DNA from: Bythopirellula sp.
GTDB taxonomy: Bacteria > Planctomycetota > Planctomycetia > Pirellulales > Lacipirellulaceae
DNA length: 64,000 nt
Direction of reading: 5' to 3'
NCBI GenBank assembly: GCA_965216565.1
Contig: OZ244170.1
Coordinates: 896,001 to 960,000, forward strand
Under the pieces are notes generated by a model that saw nothing but the letters and a program-made list of their open reading frames with translations, was not told the DNA's origin and did not search any database. Positions 51,261 through 61,490 of the stretch are shown in pieces. A program made the translations under genes and the position numbers. Numbering within the stretch: the first letter of the stretch is position 1; each line of letters begins with the position of its first letter.

Positions 51261-52949
51261 ATGAACGCAGAAAAGATTTCTTACACGCAGCTTGTCGAAC
51301 TAGCCAAGACCCAGGGCTTTCTTACTTACGAACAAGCCAACGATTTTCTTCCCGACGAAGCAGAAGACTCCCGCCAGGTAGGAGTGATCCTCGATCTCGT
51401 CGACCGACTTGGAATCGAATTCCACGATACGAAGCGATATTCCCAACCCGTGGAACTCGACTCCCCGCAAGAGAACGACGGCGAGCGTCTATTTGCCGAA
51501 GAGCTTCCCAAGCTCACAGACGATCCGATTCGAATGTACCTCTCGCAAATGTGTCAGATTCCACTGTTGTCGCGAGAAGAGGAAATCACACTGGCCAAGA
51601 AGATTGAGCTGAGCCGCAAGCTGTTCCGTCGCGATTTGCTCCGCTCGTTCTTTGCTCTCGCATCGACGGTCGAAACCCTACAGCGAGTTCACGATGGCGA
51701 GTTGCCCTTTGACCGAACGATTAAGGTTTCGCTCACCGAGCGATTGACCAAAGAGCAGATTTCGGCACGTATGCCACAAAATCTCTCGACGCTTAATCAT
51801 CTGATGCAGCAGCAGCGTCAATATTTTGCTGTACTCACGAGTCGCTCGGCTTCCGCTGAAGCCAAGCAAGAAGCCCGCCAGAACTATCTCCGCGGCCGCA
51901 ACAAGATGCTGGAGCTAGCCGAAGAGTTGAGCCTGCGAACGCGTCGCGTACTCCCACTCATGGCTCAGCTGGAAGTGCTTTCTGAAAGAATGGACCGACT
52001 GCAGAAGCTGTTGGCCCAACTTCGAGAAGAAGGTGCCAGTGCATCGCGCATCGAGCCAGTGCGTCAAGAACTGCGAGATTTGATGATGCAGACGCTCGAG
52101 ACCCCATCAAGCCTCCGCAACCGCTGCAAGCGTCTCCGCAAGGCCCTGATCGAGTTTGAGCGTGTGAAGCGCGAGCTTTCCAGTGGAAATCTGCGCTTGG
52201 TTGTTTCCATCGCCAAGAAATACCGCAACCGTGGCATGAGCTTTTTGGATTTGATCCAAGAGGGCAACACAGGCCTGATGCGAGCGGTAGATAAATACGA
52301 GTATCGCCGTGGCTTCAAGTTTTCCACTTACGCTACCTGGTGGATCCGCCAGGCAATTACTCGTGCAATTGCCGATCAAGCCCGGACGATTCGTATCCCA
52401 GTGCATATGATCGACGTGCTCAGTAAGTTGCAACAAACCGCCAAGCGATTGCAGCACGAACTGGGTCGACTGCCGACCAACGAAGAAACGGCAAAGGCCG
52501 CGGGCATCGATCTGGAAGAGAGCCTGCACGTAATGGACATTGGTCGCACACCCGTTAGCCTTGATCGTCCCATTGGCGAAGGCGAAGACTGCAGCTTCGG
52601 CGAATTCGTCGAAGACTCCCACACCGAGAATCCTTTGAAGCTGGCCAATAACGGTTTGCTCCGCGAGAAAATTGAAGAACTGCTCAAGACGCTTACCTTC
52701 CGCGAGCGAGAAATCGTCCGGCTACGGTACGGCTTGACCGACGGCTACTGCTACACGCTGGAAGAGGTGGGCCGTATTTTCAAGGTGACCCGCGAGCGTG
52801 TTCGTCAAATCGAAGCCAAGGCGGTTGCCAAACTGCAGCACCCGGTTAGAAGTTCTGAACTCTCCGAGTACGTGGTGGATAGCCCTGTGATCTCCGAAGA
52901 AGAGGTTTGGGAAGAAGTCCCGGCAGAGCCGATCGCTGCCGCGGCTTAA
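51261..52949 (+). CDS. rpoD: primary-type sigma70 factor
   Basis: region 1.1 (GFLTYE), [41 protein letters not shown]; follows dnaG; start at 51261 (GAGAGG RBS) preferred over 51183. Confidence 0.9.
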   Translation: MNAEKISYTQLVELAKTQGFLTYEQANDFLPDEAEDSRQVGVILDLVDRLGIEFHDTKRYSQPVELDSPQENDGERLFAEELPKLTDDPIRMYLSQMCQIPLLSREEEITLAKKIELSRKLFRRDLLRSFFALASTVETLQRVHDGELPFDRTIKVSLTERLTKEQISARMPQNLSTLNHLMQQQRQYFAVLTSRSASAEAKQEARQNYLRGRNKMLELAEELSLRTRRVLPLMAQLEVLSERMDRLQKLLAQLREEGASASRIEPVRQELRDLMMQTLETPSSLRNRCKRLRKALIEFERVKRELSSGNLRLVVSIAKKYRNRGMSFLDLIQEGNTGLMRAVDKYEYRRGFKFSTYATWWIRQAITRAIADQARTIRIPVHMIDVLSKLQQTAKRLQHELGRLPTNEETAKAAGIDLEESLHVMDIGRTPVSLDRPIGEGEDCSFGEFVEDSHTENPLKLANNGLLREKIEELLKTLTFREREIVRLRYGLTDGYCYTLEEVGRIFKVTRERVRQIEAKAVAKLQHPVRSSELSEYVVDSPVISEEEVWEEVPAEPIAAAA

Positions 52950-53007
52950 CGCAGTTTGGTTCCGTTCTTCGATTTTCCGTTCTTCAACTTCATAGCTAAG
53001 CACTAGC

Positions 53008-53047
53008 AACGTAGCCCCTCGAGTCTGTCGGGGGGCTACGTTTTTTT
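53008..53047 (+). terminator. intrinsic terminator after rpoD
   Basis: aacgtagcccctcga..tcggggggctacg + TTTTTTT. Confidence 0.85.
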
Positions 53048-53365
53048 ATGCGGCAAATCTAGCGTTGCAGCAGGGAACTAGAACGCAGGGAACTAAAACT
53101 CCAACAAAAGCCGGAGACACACCTACACTAGCCGGAGGCACACATGCCTCCGGAGTCAACCAGCCCACGTCGCAATCCGTCGAATGCCACCCAAAGAGTG
53201 AAGAATGGTACTAGTCTCAATCAAGCGGGATTTGATGGGGCCTATTTCAAAACGAATTGGTCGCTACAATGAACGATTCACGCCCCAATCGAAAGCGGCG
53301 GCCAAGGGTGAGCCCAGCAAGGGTATGCCCAGACCTGGACCGCATCGAATATTCGGAGAATGGTA

Positions 53366-54070
53366 ATGACTGTTTCTGCTGCAGTGCTTCGCGAATTGCA
53401 CCGCATTCATCGTCAGCTTGCGGATTTGCGCGAGCGGCTCGACCGTGGTCCTCGGCAAATCAAAGCGCGAGAGGCCAATGTTCTCCAATGCGAGGCAAAC
53501 CTGGAATCTGCCGAGGAGAACGTCAAGCAAACCAAGTTGGCTTCGGATCAGAAACAGCTCGACCTGAAGTCGGGCGAACAGAAAATCGAAGACCTCAAGG
53601 CGAAACTCAATACCTCAAGTAGCAACACCGAGTATCAATCCTTCCTCGAACAAATTGCTGCCGCTGAAATGGCGAACAGTGTTCTGGCCGACGAAATCAT
53701 CGAAGCGCTTGAGAAGACCGACGAGTTAGAAGGAATCGTCGATGAAAGAAAGAAGCAAGTGGAATCCGCCAAGACCGAGCTGAGCAAATGCCGGGACTCG
53801 GTCACCAGCGAGTCGGAACTCATTCGCGCCGATATCGCACGACTAGAAGGCGAGCTAATCGAGATCGAAAAAGAGATTCCCGGCGAAGCCAAGGAAGACT
53901 ACCGCCGTGTAATCCGCAGCAAAGGGGCCGATGGGATGGCCGAGGCTCAGGATTGCGTATGCCTAGGTTGCGGCAACAAAATTACGCTCAACATGCAAAA
54001 TGAATTAATGCTTTCCAAACCGGTATTCTGCAAGTCTTGCGGCTGCCTGCTCTACACGGGTGAAGAGTAG
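53366..54070 (+). CDS. coiled-coil protein with C-terminal C4 zinc ribbon (COG1579/CT398-like)
   Basis: long heptad coil; CLGC...CKSCG.LLY; GGAG RBS. Confidence 0.88.
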   Translation: MTVSAAVLRELHRIHRQLADLRERLDRGPRQIKAREANVLQCEANLESAEENVKQTKLASDQKQLDLKSGEQKIEDLKAKLNTSSSNTEYQSFLEQIAAAEMANSVLADEIIEALEKTDELEGIVDERKKQVESAKTELSKCRDSVTSESELIRADIARLEGELIEIEKEIPGEAKEDYRRVIRSKGADGMAEAQDCVCLGCGNKITLNMQNELMLSKPVFCKSCGCLLYTGEE

Positions 54071-54130
54071 GTTTCGAGAGAGGAAAGCGGACCAGCCCGC
54101 GACTGCCGCCCTAGGCCCCAAAAAATTGGC

Positions 54131-54159
54131 TTTACACCGGTTCTCGCAAGCGGCACAAT
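54131..54159 (+). promoter_or_regulatory. sigma70-type promoter for greA
   Basis: TTTACA-N17-CACAAT. Confidence 0.6.
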
Positions 54160-54187
54160 AGTAACTTCAAATGGTGCGATTTAGATT

Positions 54188-54218
54188 AGGTCTTCCGCAA
54201 GGGAGGCCTGTTTTATTT
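54188..54218 (+). terminator. terminator-like hairpin in greA leader
   Basis: aggtcttcc-GCAA-gggaggcct-gttttattt. Confidence 0.65.
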
Positions 54219-54239
54219 GATACTAGCAAGAGGTTTTTT

Positions 54240-54719
54240 ATGTCCGATAGCATGCCCATGACCCGCACTGGTTACGACAAACTGAGGGCGGAACTTAATG
54301 ATATGGAAAACGAACAAATGCCGCTGATCGAAAAGCGGATTGCTGCGGCACGTGCCGAGGGCGACCTCAGCGAGAACGCAGAGTACCACGGCGCTCGCGA
54401 AAGCCAAGGCATGCTGCAAGCTAAGATCAACCTTCTGAAAGACAAGCTGAATCGAGCCGAAATCGTCGACATGTCTACACTTCCAAAAGATCAGGTCGTG
54501 TTTGGCGTAACCGTCAAAGTGAAAGACTTGGAATTTGGTGACGACGAAGAGTTCACCCTCGTCGGTGCGGGCGAGGAGGACTACGACAACGGCAAGATCC
54601 TGATCACCAGCCCCTTAGGCCAAGGTCTGATAGGTAAGAAAGTCGGCGATGTTGCCGAAATCGAAGTCCCGGCTGGCACCAACCGCTTCGAGATCCTCGA
54701 ATTGCGGTTTGACGAGTAA
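54240..54719 (+). CDS. greA: transcription elongation factor GreA
   Basis: [23 protein letters not shown]. Confidence 0.96.
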   Translation: MSDSMPMTRTGYDKLRAELNDMENEQMPLIEKRIAAARAEGDLSENAEYHGARESQGMLQAKINLLKDKLNRAEIVDMSTLPKDQVVFGVTVKVKDLEFGDDEEFTLVGAGEEDYDNGKILITSPLGQGLIGKKVGDVAEIEVPAGTNRFEILELRFDE

Positions 54720-54825
54720 GTCGGAGCCTCGGGCTTTGCGCTACGACTCATCGCGAATTCAATTCTTAGCGTAAGAACACTCGCGATCCGACGGATCCCC
54801 GGGCTGTCGTTTCATCTCCCGACAT

Positions 54826-54859
54826 AAAAAAACGGTTGGCTGCTTCATGCAACCAACCG
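54826..54859 (-). terminator. intrinsic terminator after PEP-CTERM gene
   Basis: minus strand cggttggttgc-atgaa-gcagccaaccg + T7. Confidence 0.75.
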
Positions 54860-54897
54860 CAGGGGAAAAAAGAGTTTTTGCACTCTCAATGGGCTAC

Positions 54898-55575
54898 TTA
54901 ACAGCGACGTCGGGTCACTGGGACTGCCATTAGGCCAGCAAAAAGTAAAGCGATGCTGGCAGGTTCAGGAACAAATAGCTGGCCAACGTTCGGGGCACCT
55001 GGAGTTTGAAGTAGGTCTTCTACCCAGAAGAAATCGGCAGCTGCTTGACCAGGGCCACCTGTAAGACCAAGTGACAATCCGGCTACCGTACTAGTAGTTT
55101 CTTCGACACCAATGTCGGTCGAGGTTTCACCAGCAGCAATGCCACCGCTGTTAGGATCTGCAGTGAAGGCACCTTCGTACGACAAGAATTGAACAACACT
55201 GTTGTTCACAACGTCTACCAGGGCAATGCCATCGGGACTACCATTCTGAATACCAGAAACCAATTCGGTGTAAAACGTGAACGTGTTGGCTCCCACAGTA
55301 AGAGGATTGATCACACTGAAAGTGTCAAGCGTGCCTGTAGTGTTATAGAGGCTGCCGTTAGATCCGTTATAGAATTCCAAAGCATAGCTAGAAGCGGTCT
55401 CGCCACTACCATTTGGCGTTCGAATCACGACTTCAACTTGCTCGTTGACATCTGCTCCGGCGTTATCGTAGTGAATTTCGTTGATCCAGATGTGGTCAGC
55501 TAAAGCTGTACCGGCGATGAGTGGCAGGCACAGAAGTGCTGCGACTATAGGTTTCACAGAATTTCCAAATCGCAT
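54898..55575 (-). CDS. PEP-CTERM protein with lamin-tail-like domain
   Basis: signal peptide; WINEIHYDN.G.D..E.VE, QNG.PDGIAL, TPG; VPEP-TM-RRR. Confidence 0.85.
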   Translation of the reverse strand: MRFGNSVKPIVAALLCLPLIAGTALADHIWINEIHYDNAGADVNEQVEVVIRTPNGSGETASSYALEFYNGSNGSLYNTTGTLDTFSVINPLTVGANTFTFYTELVSGIQNGSPDGIALVDVVNNSVVQFLSYEGAFTADPNSGGIAAGETSTDIGVEETTSTVAGLSLGLTGGPGQAAADFFWVEDLLQTPGAPNVGQLFVPEPASIALLFAGLMAVPVTRRRC

Positions 55576-55955
55576 GTTTGGCTCCCTCATTAACAGGTTC
55601 CTAAAAAGGCAAACTGACAAAGTAGAGATTAGATCAATCTCAGTAGAAAACTTCGTCTTATTAGGAAGTACGCAACTGCTTCGCAAACAGATGCAACTAA
55701 TTGCCACATATATTCGGAAAGATAAATACTACTTGCAGAAAGAGTGTGTAAGCGCAGGCGACAATTTGTCGTGATAGATCCTGACAAACGTTTGTCTCAA
55801 ACCGCTCCGCAAACTTAGACGTCGCGAACACAAATAGCACTACAACACTATTGTTTGTTCGTATGGTGCACTAATCACTTCGTATTCAGATCCTATGCGC
55901 GAGATATAGCTTGCACATTTAGAGACGGCCCAGGATGATAACTTCTGGCGAACCG

Positions 55956-56954
55956 TTATTCCACCGAAAACCCATACACGCATACGTGCCGATATGTTTC
56001 CCCTGGCCGTAGCACGGTCGACGGGAAGTCTGGCTTGTTGGGCGAATCAGGAAAGTGTTGTGTCTCTAGACAGAACGCCGAGTGACCGGGATAAGTTTTT
56101 CCCGCCTTAGCAGTCTGACCCGCCAGGAAGTTCCCCGTGTAAAACTGCACACCAGGTTGGTCAGTTTCGACGGTGAGCACGCGGCCTGACTTCGGCGCGC
56201 AGACCTCGGCAATCTTCCGAACGGTCCCGACTTTGCCGTTGAGAACGTAGTTGTGGTCGTAACCGCCCGCAGGTGTTTCGACAAGTTCGCCGATGCGAGC
56301 ACCGATTTTCAAGGGAGTACGGAAGTCAAACGGGGTGCCGTCAACTTTTGCTATCTCGCCGGTTGGAATTGAAGTGTCGTCAGTCGGTGTATAACGATCC
56401 GCGTCGATCCAAACCACGTGGTCCAGGATATCGCCTTCGCCGTGGCCAGCCAGATTGAAGTAACTGTGATTAGTTAAATTCACGATCGTCGGTTTGTCGG
56501 TAGTTGCGGTGTACTCGATCTGTACTGCATTTTCGTCGGTGAGCGTATAGGTCACTTCCACATTGAGCGTACCCGGGAACGATTCCTGGCCGTCGGGGCT
56601 CGTGTAGTTGAACTTCACGCCGTTGCCATCTGCGAGAGGCTCGCCTTGCCACTCGACCTTGTCGAGCGCCTCGTTCGGTCCGCCGTGTAGGTGGTTGGGT
56701 CCATTGTTAATGGCTAGCTGATACTCCGTGCCGTCCAACTCAAATTTTCCGTTAGCAATGCGGTTGGCATAGCGACCGGTGGTGGCGCCGAAGTGCTGGT
56801 TCGCTTTGGTGGAGTAGCCCGATGCATCGTCGAAACCCAATACGACGTCCGCGAGGTTGCCATCACGGTCTGGCACATGCAGTTCGGTAAGCGTCGCTCC
56901 GCGACTGATCCATTTGGCCTTGGTTCCGTGTGAGTTGGTAGCCGTGAATTCCAT
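55956..56954 (-). CDS. galM: aldose 1-epimerase (galactose mutarotase)
   Basis: GRYANRI, NHLHGG, NLTNHSYFNL, GYDHN, QFYTGN, CLETQHFPD. Confidence 0.95.
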   Translation of the reverse strand: MEFTATNSHGTKAKWISRGATLTELHVPDRDGNLADVVLGFDDASGYSTKANQHFGATTGRYANRIANGKFELDGTEYQLAINNGPNHLHGGPNEALDKVEWQGEPLADGNGVKFNYTSPDGQESFPGTLNVEVTYTLTDENAVQIEYTATTDKPTIVNLTNHSYFNLAGHGEGDILDHVVWIDADRYTPTDDTSIPTGEIAKVDGTPFDFRTPLKIGARIGELVETPAGGYDHNYVLNGKVGTVRKIAEVCAPKSGRVLTVETDQPGVQFYTGNFLAGQTAKAGKTYPGHSAFCLETQHFPDSPNKPDFPSTVLRPGETYRHVCVYGFSVE

Positions 56955-57137
56955 AGTCAACCTGAGGTGATTCGATTAGTGCTGAAGTTGGTTTCAATAG
57001 TCCCTCTCCTCATGGGGAGAGGTTAGAAGAGGAATGCGAAGCATAAAAAGCTCTACACTCCCCTAAAACCTCCCTGGAAGGGAAGGGGATTTGACTAGTC
57101 GGATTATCACGCAAGTGAGGTTGTGTACGCAACTGCC

Positions 57138-57172
57138 AAAAAAAAGAGCCGTGGCAGATGTGCCACGGCTCT
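57138..57172 (-). terminator. intrinsic terminator after RTX-repeat gene
   Basis: gagccgtggca-gatg-tgccacggctc preceded by A8 on + strand. Confidence 0.85.
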
Positions 57173-57202
57173 CTCAAGATCGCTATCCTAGACTAGCAAC
57201 TA

Positions 57203-58735
57203 CTAGACGAACACGTCGAACGGATCGACATCGAAGCCATCCAGGTTGTCGACCAACAAGAAGTCGACTTCGCCGTCAGCGGCATCGAGCTTGTCTTCGC
57301 CCGCGTCGCCGGCCATGTAGTCGGTGCCCGACCCGCCGTGCAACGCATCGCTACCGCGACCGCCACTCAGGCTGTCGTTCCCCGAGCCACCTCGGAGTAC
57401 GTCGCCGTGCAAGCCACCTTCGACGATGTCGTTGCCACGTCCGCCGAAGAGGCGATCGTTGCCACGCATGCCGCGAATGGTATCGTTGCCAGCCGCACCG
57501 ACCATCAGGTCGTTGCCAACGCCGCCATCCATCACGTCGTTTCCAGCACCGCCGTGCATGGCGTCATCGCCACCGTCGCCAAACATCGTATCATCTCCCC
57601 ACATGCCGAGGAGAATGTCGTTGCCGCGACCGCCGTAGATGACATCATTGCCGAGAATCTGCTCCGTCACCGAACTTGCCAATACCGAGGACATCTCGGC
57701 ATCGATCGCTCGGAACACCTCATCGGCTTCTGGGAGGCCTTCGCGAACGATCTCAGCCTCGACTGCAGGCTCTTCGATCGGGTCGCCGGGCGAGTCGTCT
57801 AAGGCATGGAACGGATCGCCCACGATCACATCGTGACCCAGTCCGCCGCTGAGCTTATCACTGCCAAACCCACCGAGAATAAAGTCGCCGTGTCCGCCGC
57901 CACGAACACCATCGTCGCCCATGCCACCGACAATAATGTCGGCACCATTCCCACCGTAGGCAAGATCATCGCCATTGCCAGTGAGGATAATGTCGTGTCC
58001 GTCGCCGCCCATCACCAAGTCTTCGCCGGTATTCGTGTTGGTGTAATTGAGCGCGTAATGAACGAGACCCTGGTAATCGTCCGGCACATCGTTCGTAGCA
58101 TCGCCGAACAGCCAGTCGTTGCCAATGCCTCCATTGACATTGTCGTTACCGGCACCGCCAGCAATGGCATCGTCTCCCTGGCCTCCACGCAGGTTGTCGT
58201 CGCCCATACCACCCGCGATAGCATCGTTGCCGAGCCCGCCATTGATGTTGTCGTTGCCAGCACCGCCAATGATCAGATCGTTTCCGGCACCTCCACCAAT
58301 GCGGTCGTTATCTGCACCTCCACGGATGTAGTCGTGTCCAGAGCCGCCGACGATGGTGTCCTCACCCTCGCCACCGAAGATTTGAGTCCATTGGAAGACG
58401 CTTTCATCGATGCCAACATGGTCGTTGCCACCCTTGGCGAGGACATAGATTCCGTCGATGTCGTCGCTGTTGAAAGTGCTTGCCTCGCCGTTGACGACTA
58501 CGTGCAGGACATTTTCATCGTCGACAAACGCGCGAATGACGTCGTCTCCCTCGGTACCCTCGGCAATCACCACCCCGATGGGTGGGTCTTCGAGATCGAC
58601 TTCGATAAATTGTTCCGCATCGGTAACTGCCAGATCGGCAGCGAGTAAAGCGCGAGTTTCAAGAGATTCGAATCGTGCCTTTCGGTTAGCGAAAGAAGAG
58701 AAAGATTTTCGCGATGAGAAATTGGACTTAGACAT
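57203..58735 (-). CDS. calcium-binding RTX (GGxGxD) repeat protein with planctomycete extracellular N-terminal motif
   Basis: RFESLETRALLA motif; many GGxG[ND]D nonapeptides; GGAGA RBS. Confidence 0.88.
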   Translation of the reverse strand: MSKSNFSSRKSFSSFANRKARFESLETRALLAADLAVTDAEQFIEVDLEDPPIGVVIAEGTEGDDVIRAFVDDENVLHVVVNGEASTFNSDDIDGIYVLAKGGNDHVGIDESVFQWTQIFGGEGEDTIVGGSGHDYIRGGADNDRIGGGAGNDLIIGGAGNDNINGGLGNDAIAGGMGDDNLRGGQGDDAIAGGAGNDNVNGGIGNDWLFGDATNDVPDDYQGLVHYALNYTNTNTGEDLVMGGDGHDIILTGNGDDLAYGGNGADIIVGGMGDDGVRGGGHGDFILGGFGSDKLSGGLGHDVIVGDPFHALDDSPGDPIEEPAVEAEIVREGLPEADEVFRAIDAEMSSVLASSVTEQILGNDVIYGGRGNDILLGMWGDDTMFGDGGDDAMHGGAGNDVMDGGVGNDLMVGAAGNDTIRGMRGNDRLFGGRGNDIVEGGLHGDVLRGGSGNDSLSGGRGSDALHGGSGTDYMAGDAGEDKLDAADGEVDFLLVDNLDGFDVDPFDVFV

Positions 58736-59164
58736 TTGGGTAGTTCTCCGTTCAAAGTTAACCCCAGATAGTTTGCCCCAGATTTCCGTTGCCATTGGCT
58801 CTGCGCGTACCGGTAGCGCAAAACAATTCGCAATTTTTTCGTCGCAGCTGAGTAGCGCTAGCTTCACGTATAGAAACTAAGCGCAGTTACCCGTTCCGTA
58901 ATGCTGCTACTTGATGAAACACGCATTGAGCGAAGAAGTTGCGAACCTTGCAAAAAAAAGCCAATCGCCCCGACTGACCTATCTCTCTCGGCAGACCGCT
59001 GAGCCCCCGTCCATGCTGTCTGCAGTGCACTAGAACGTGCTTATTGGTTCAGATCCGCGCCCCCGTTGCGCGACCTGAAGTGAAAAGTGCCAGCACCGAA
59101 GTGCCGTACTATTTTGATAGTATTTTCTGCCACTTCCTAAGTCAAGAGAAATGATGGAAGTTTA

Positions 59165-59297
59165 TAGAACCAGTTTCAGAATTCAAAATAGCCCTATGTG
59201 AGCCGACGGCGCTAGCCGCAGGTAGCCTAGGTCTAAGTGTTATTCTGGTGCTACCCGACGCTAGCGCGTTCGGCTCATTGATTTGGAACTGCTTCTA
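59165..59297. repeat. REP pair (GAGCCG..CGCTAGC family) inside TAG...CTA inverted termini
   Basis: tagaaccagtttc / ggaactgcttcta termini around tgagccgacggcgctagc..gctagcgcgttcggctca; related arms at 25047 and 25335-25404. Confidence 0.75.
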
Positions 59298-59459
59298 GAG
59301 AAAAATAAGTATAGCCATCAGCCAGATCGCAGGGTTCCAACCTAGACCTAGGGCGGCGTTACACTTGCCCCAGGCTACGGTGAGAGAAGCCGTCGGCCAA
59401 AAACACATTCCATCGAATTTGAATTTTGAACCCACTTCAACCTTCAAAATTCGAACTTC

Positions 59460-60521
59460 TCACTTCGTCATCGCAGCTTGGGAGATCTTGTCGCCGATCA
59501 TCGCAATCTTCTGGTCCCGCAGTCGCTTTTCGTTGAGCCAGTAAGGACTAGTGATTTCTTTGAAGGCATAGATTGCGGCCTGAATACCCTCGGCCCAGGC
59601 GACGGTCACTAGCTTGATATCGCCATGCACATCTCCGACCGCAAAGATGCCTCGCCGGCTCGTTTCGAAGTAGGGATCGACAGCAATGCTGCCGTCCTCG
59701 TTCAGCCGTAAGTCGAGACGCTGAAAGGTTTCTTTGGCTGAAAGAAACCCGATTTGCACAATGATGTAATCAGCTTCGAGTTGCTGATCGTCTGACGTGG
59801 CAAGCGCAATTTCGCCGGCTTCGTACCACGCCTTCGAAACCTCGCAGTTCAGATGAACTTTTCCGCCCGAACTTTGCACCCGGGCGACCGAATCGGACTT
59901 GGCTAGCGGAACATCCTCACGGACAAGCACATTGACCTTGGCATTTCGCTCCAGTGCCATCACGGCTGCGTCGAAGGCCGAGTCGCCGCCACCTACGACG
60001 ACAACCTGCTTCTCGCTATAGTCACCAATCTTGGGCACCTTGTAATAGACGCTCTTCGATTGAAGCTCGTCCAGCACTGGCAACTTCCGCGGATAGTGCA
60101 GCAAGCCGCAAGCGATGATCACCTTGCGGCACAGGTACTCACCGTTCTTCGTGATGACGCGTTTGAGCAACTCGTCTTTTTCCGTTTGATCCGTCTCTTC
60201 AATGGCCACCAACTCGTCGTTGAAGCGAAATTGCACCATGGCATCGACGGCCTGCCGATAGGTCCGATCGCTTAGTTCTTCGCCGCTAATGCCGTCGGGA
60301 AATCCGGGGATGTCGACAATCTTTTTGTCGGCATACAAAAACTGTGGCTGACCTCCCGGCTTGTCCTTCGCCTCGATCACCAGCGTGGTGAGGGCCCGAT
60401 GGGCTGTCGTCAGGCTCGCCGCCAGGCCTGCTGGACCGGCGCCGATAATCACCACATCCCAATAGGCAAGTTTGTCGAAGTCTAACTCGTGATCTAACTC
60501 AGTGACCTTAAAGTCGGCCAT
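59460..60521 (-). CDS. TrxB-like flavoprotein lacking CxxC (ferredoxin--NADP reductase-like)
   Basis: IIGAGPAG, PGGQ..LY..K.I.DIPGF, PRKL, GGGDSA.D, GIFAVGD; no redox CxxC. Confidence 0.8.
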   Translation of the reverse strand: MADFKVTELDHELDFDKLAYWDVVIIGAGPAGLAASLTTAHRALTTLVIEAKDKPGGQPQFLYADKKIVDIPGFPDGISGEELSDRTYRQAVDAMVQFRFNDELVAIEETDQTEKDELLKRVITKNGEYLCRKVIIACGLLHYPRKLPVLDELQSKSVYYKVPKIGDYSEKQVVVVGGGDSAFDAAVMALERNAKVNVLVREDVPLAKSDSVARVQSSGGKVHLNCEVSKAWYEAGEIALATSDDQQLEADYIIVQIGFLSAKETFQRLDLRLNEDGSIAVDPYFETSRRGIFAVGDVHGDIKLVTVAWAEGIQAAIYAFKEITSPYWLNEKRLRDQKIAMIGDKISQAAMTK

Positions 60522-60745
60522 AGTTCAGTTCCTTGTCTTATCATGGTGACACCCGCTAGCCGCATTGGTTCGCAGTAGAATTTGCCATCGCCACGCCGCC
60601 GCAGTCCAACCGCCCCTGAAGACGCCGCAAGGCTCAGAATCCGTTTCGCCCGAACCTCGATTTAACGTATAATGACAGAGGTCAAGCGGCTTGCAAATAG
60701 GCCGCGGATTATCCGAGGCACTGGAGCAGTCCGCTGGAGAGAATT

Positions 60746-61474
60746 GTGGTAGCAACGAATCGAATCGCAGTCCTGCTGACCGTGATGACCATACTGTTCG
60801 CGGTACAGCAATCTCTCGCGCAGGGTCAATTCCAAGCGAACAATCGCTTTCAAACAGGTATCCCAGGCGCCGCTGGAGTGGGTGCGGACAATAATCAATT
60901 TGGCAATTCCCAAAACGGTTTCGGCCGCCAAGGCGGATTTGGCCAGAATCAGTTTGGCCAGCAGGGTCAACCGGGAGCCTTCGGCCAAGGTGGGCTACAA
61001 CAGGCTGCTCCTGGATCCGCTGAGGCCATGCGAAACGCATTTCAAAACATGTCTGGGCGTCAGCGACGACGAGCGACGTTCGATTTCGTCGTCGAGAGCC
61101 TCAACGAAATGCGCGATCAACGCCGTGAACGTAGGGAACGTCGCCGCAGGCCCGACGCCATTCGCATTCGAATTCGCCCGGCATTCACAGTCGCGCCGGT
61201 CGATGCGACACAGTTGGGTGCCGATTTGAAAGACAATCTGGACAAGTCGATTGAACTCCAAGGCTCATCGGCAGTGGCAGACGTCACGCTGGAAGGCGGC
61301 CGGGCCACGCTTACTGGCACCGTGGCCGACGATCACGAGGGAGCTGTCCTGGCAAGAATGCTCTCGATGCAACCGGGAGTTTCCGACGTCGACAACCAAC
61401 TGGTAGTTCAATCGCTGCAGACCGAAGCCCCGAGTTCGCCCGAACCAGTGTTGCCTGGCGCTGCTGAGCGATAA
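60746..61474 (+). CDS. secreted BON-domain protein with G/Q/F/N-rich low-complexity N-terminus
   Basis: signal peptide; V.LEGG.A.LTGTV...PGVSDVDNQL.V. Confidence 0.82.
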   Translation: MVATNRIAVLLTVMTILFAVQQSLAQGQFQANNRFQTGIPGAAGVGADNNQFGNSQNGFGRQGGFGQNQFGQQGQPGAFGQGGLQQAAPGSAEAMRNAFQNMSGRQRRRATFDFVVESLNEMRDQRRERRERRRRPDAIRIRIRPAFTVAPVDATQLGADLKDNLDKSIELQGSSAVADVTLEGGRATLTGTVADDHEGAVLARMLSMQPGVSDVDNQLVVQSLQTEAPSSPEPVLPGAAER

Positions 61475-61490
61475 CAGTAGGTGAGCTGTC

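Noticed and set aside
52950..53360. Possible tRNA after rpoD
   Set aside because: No T-loop (GTTCRA) in a cloverleaf context found here or in the other intergenic regions read.
57091..58880. Several plus-strand ORFs of 100-280 aa
   Set aside because: Shadows of the RTX-repeat gene.
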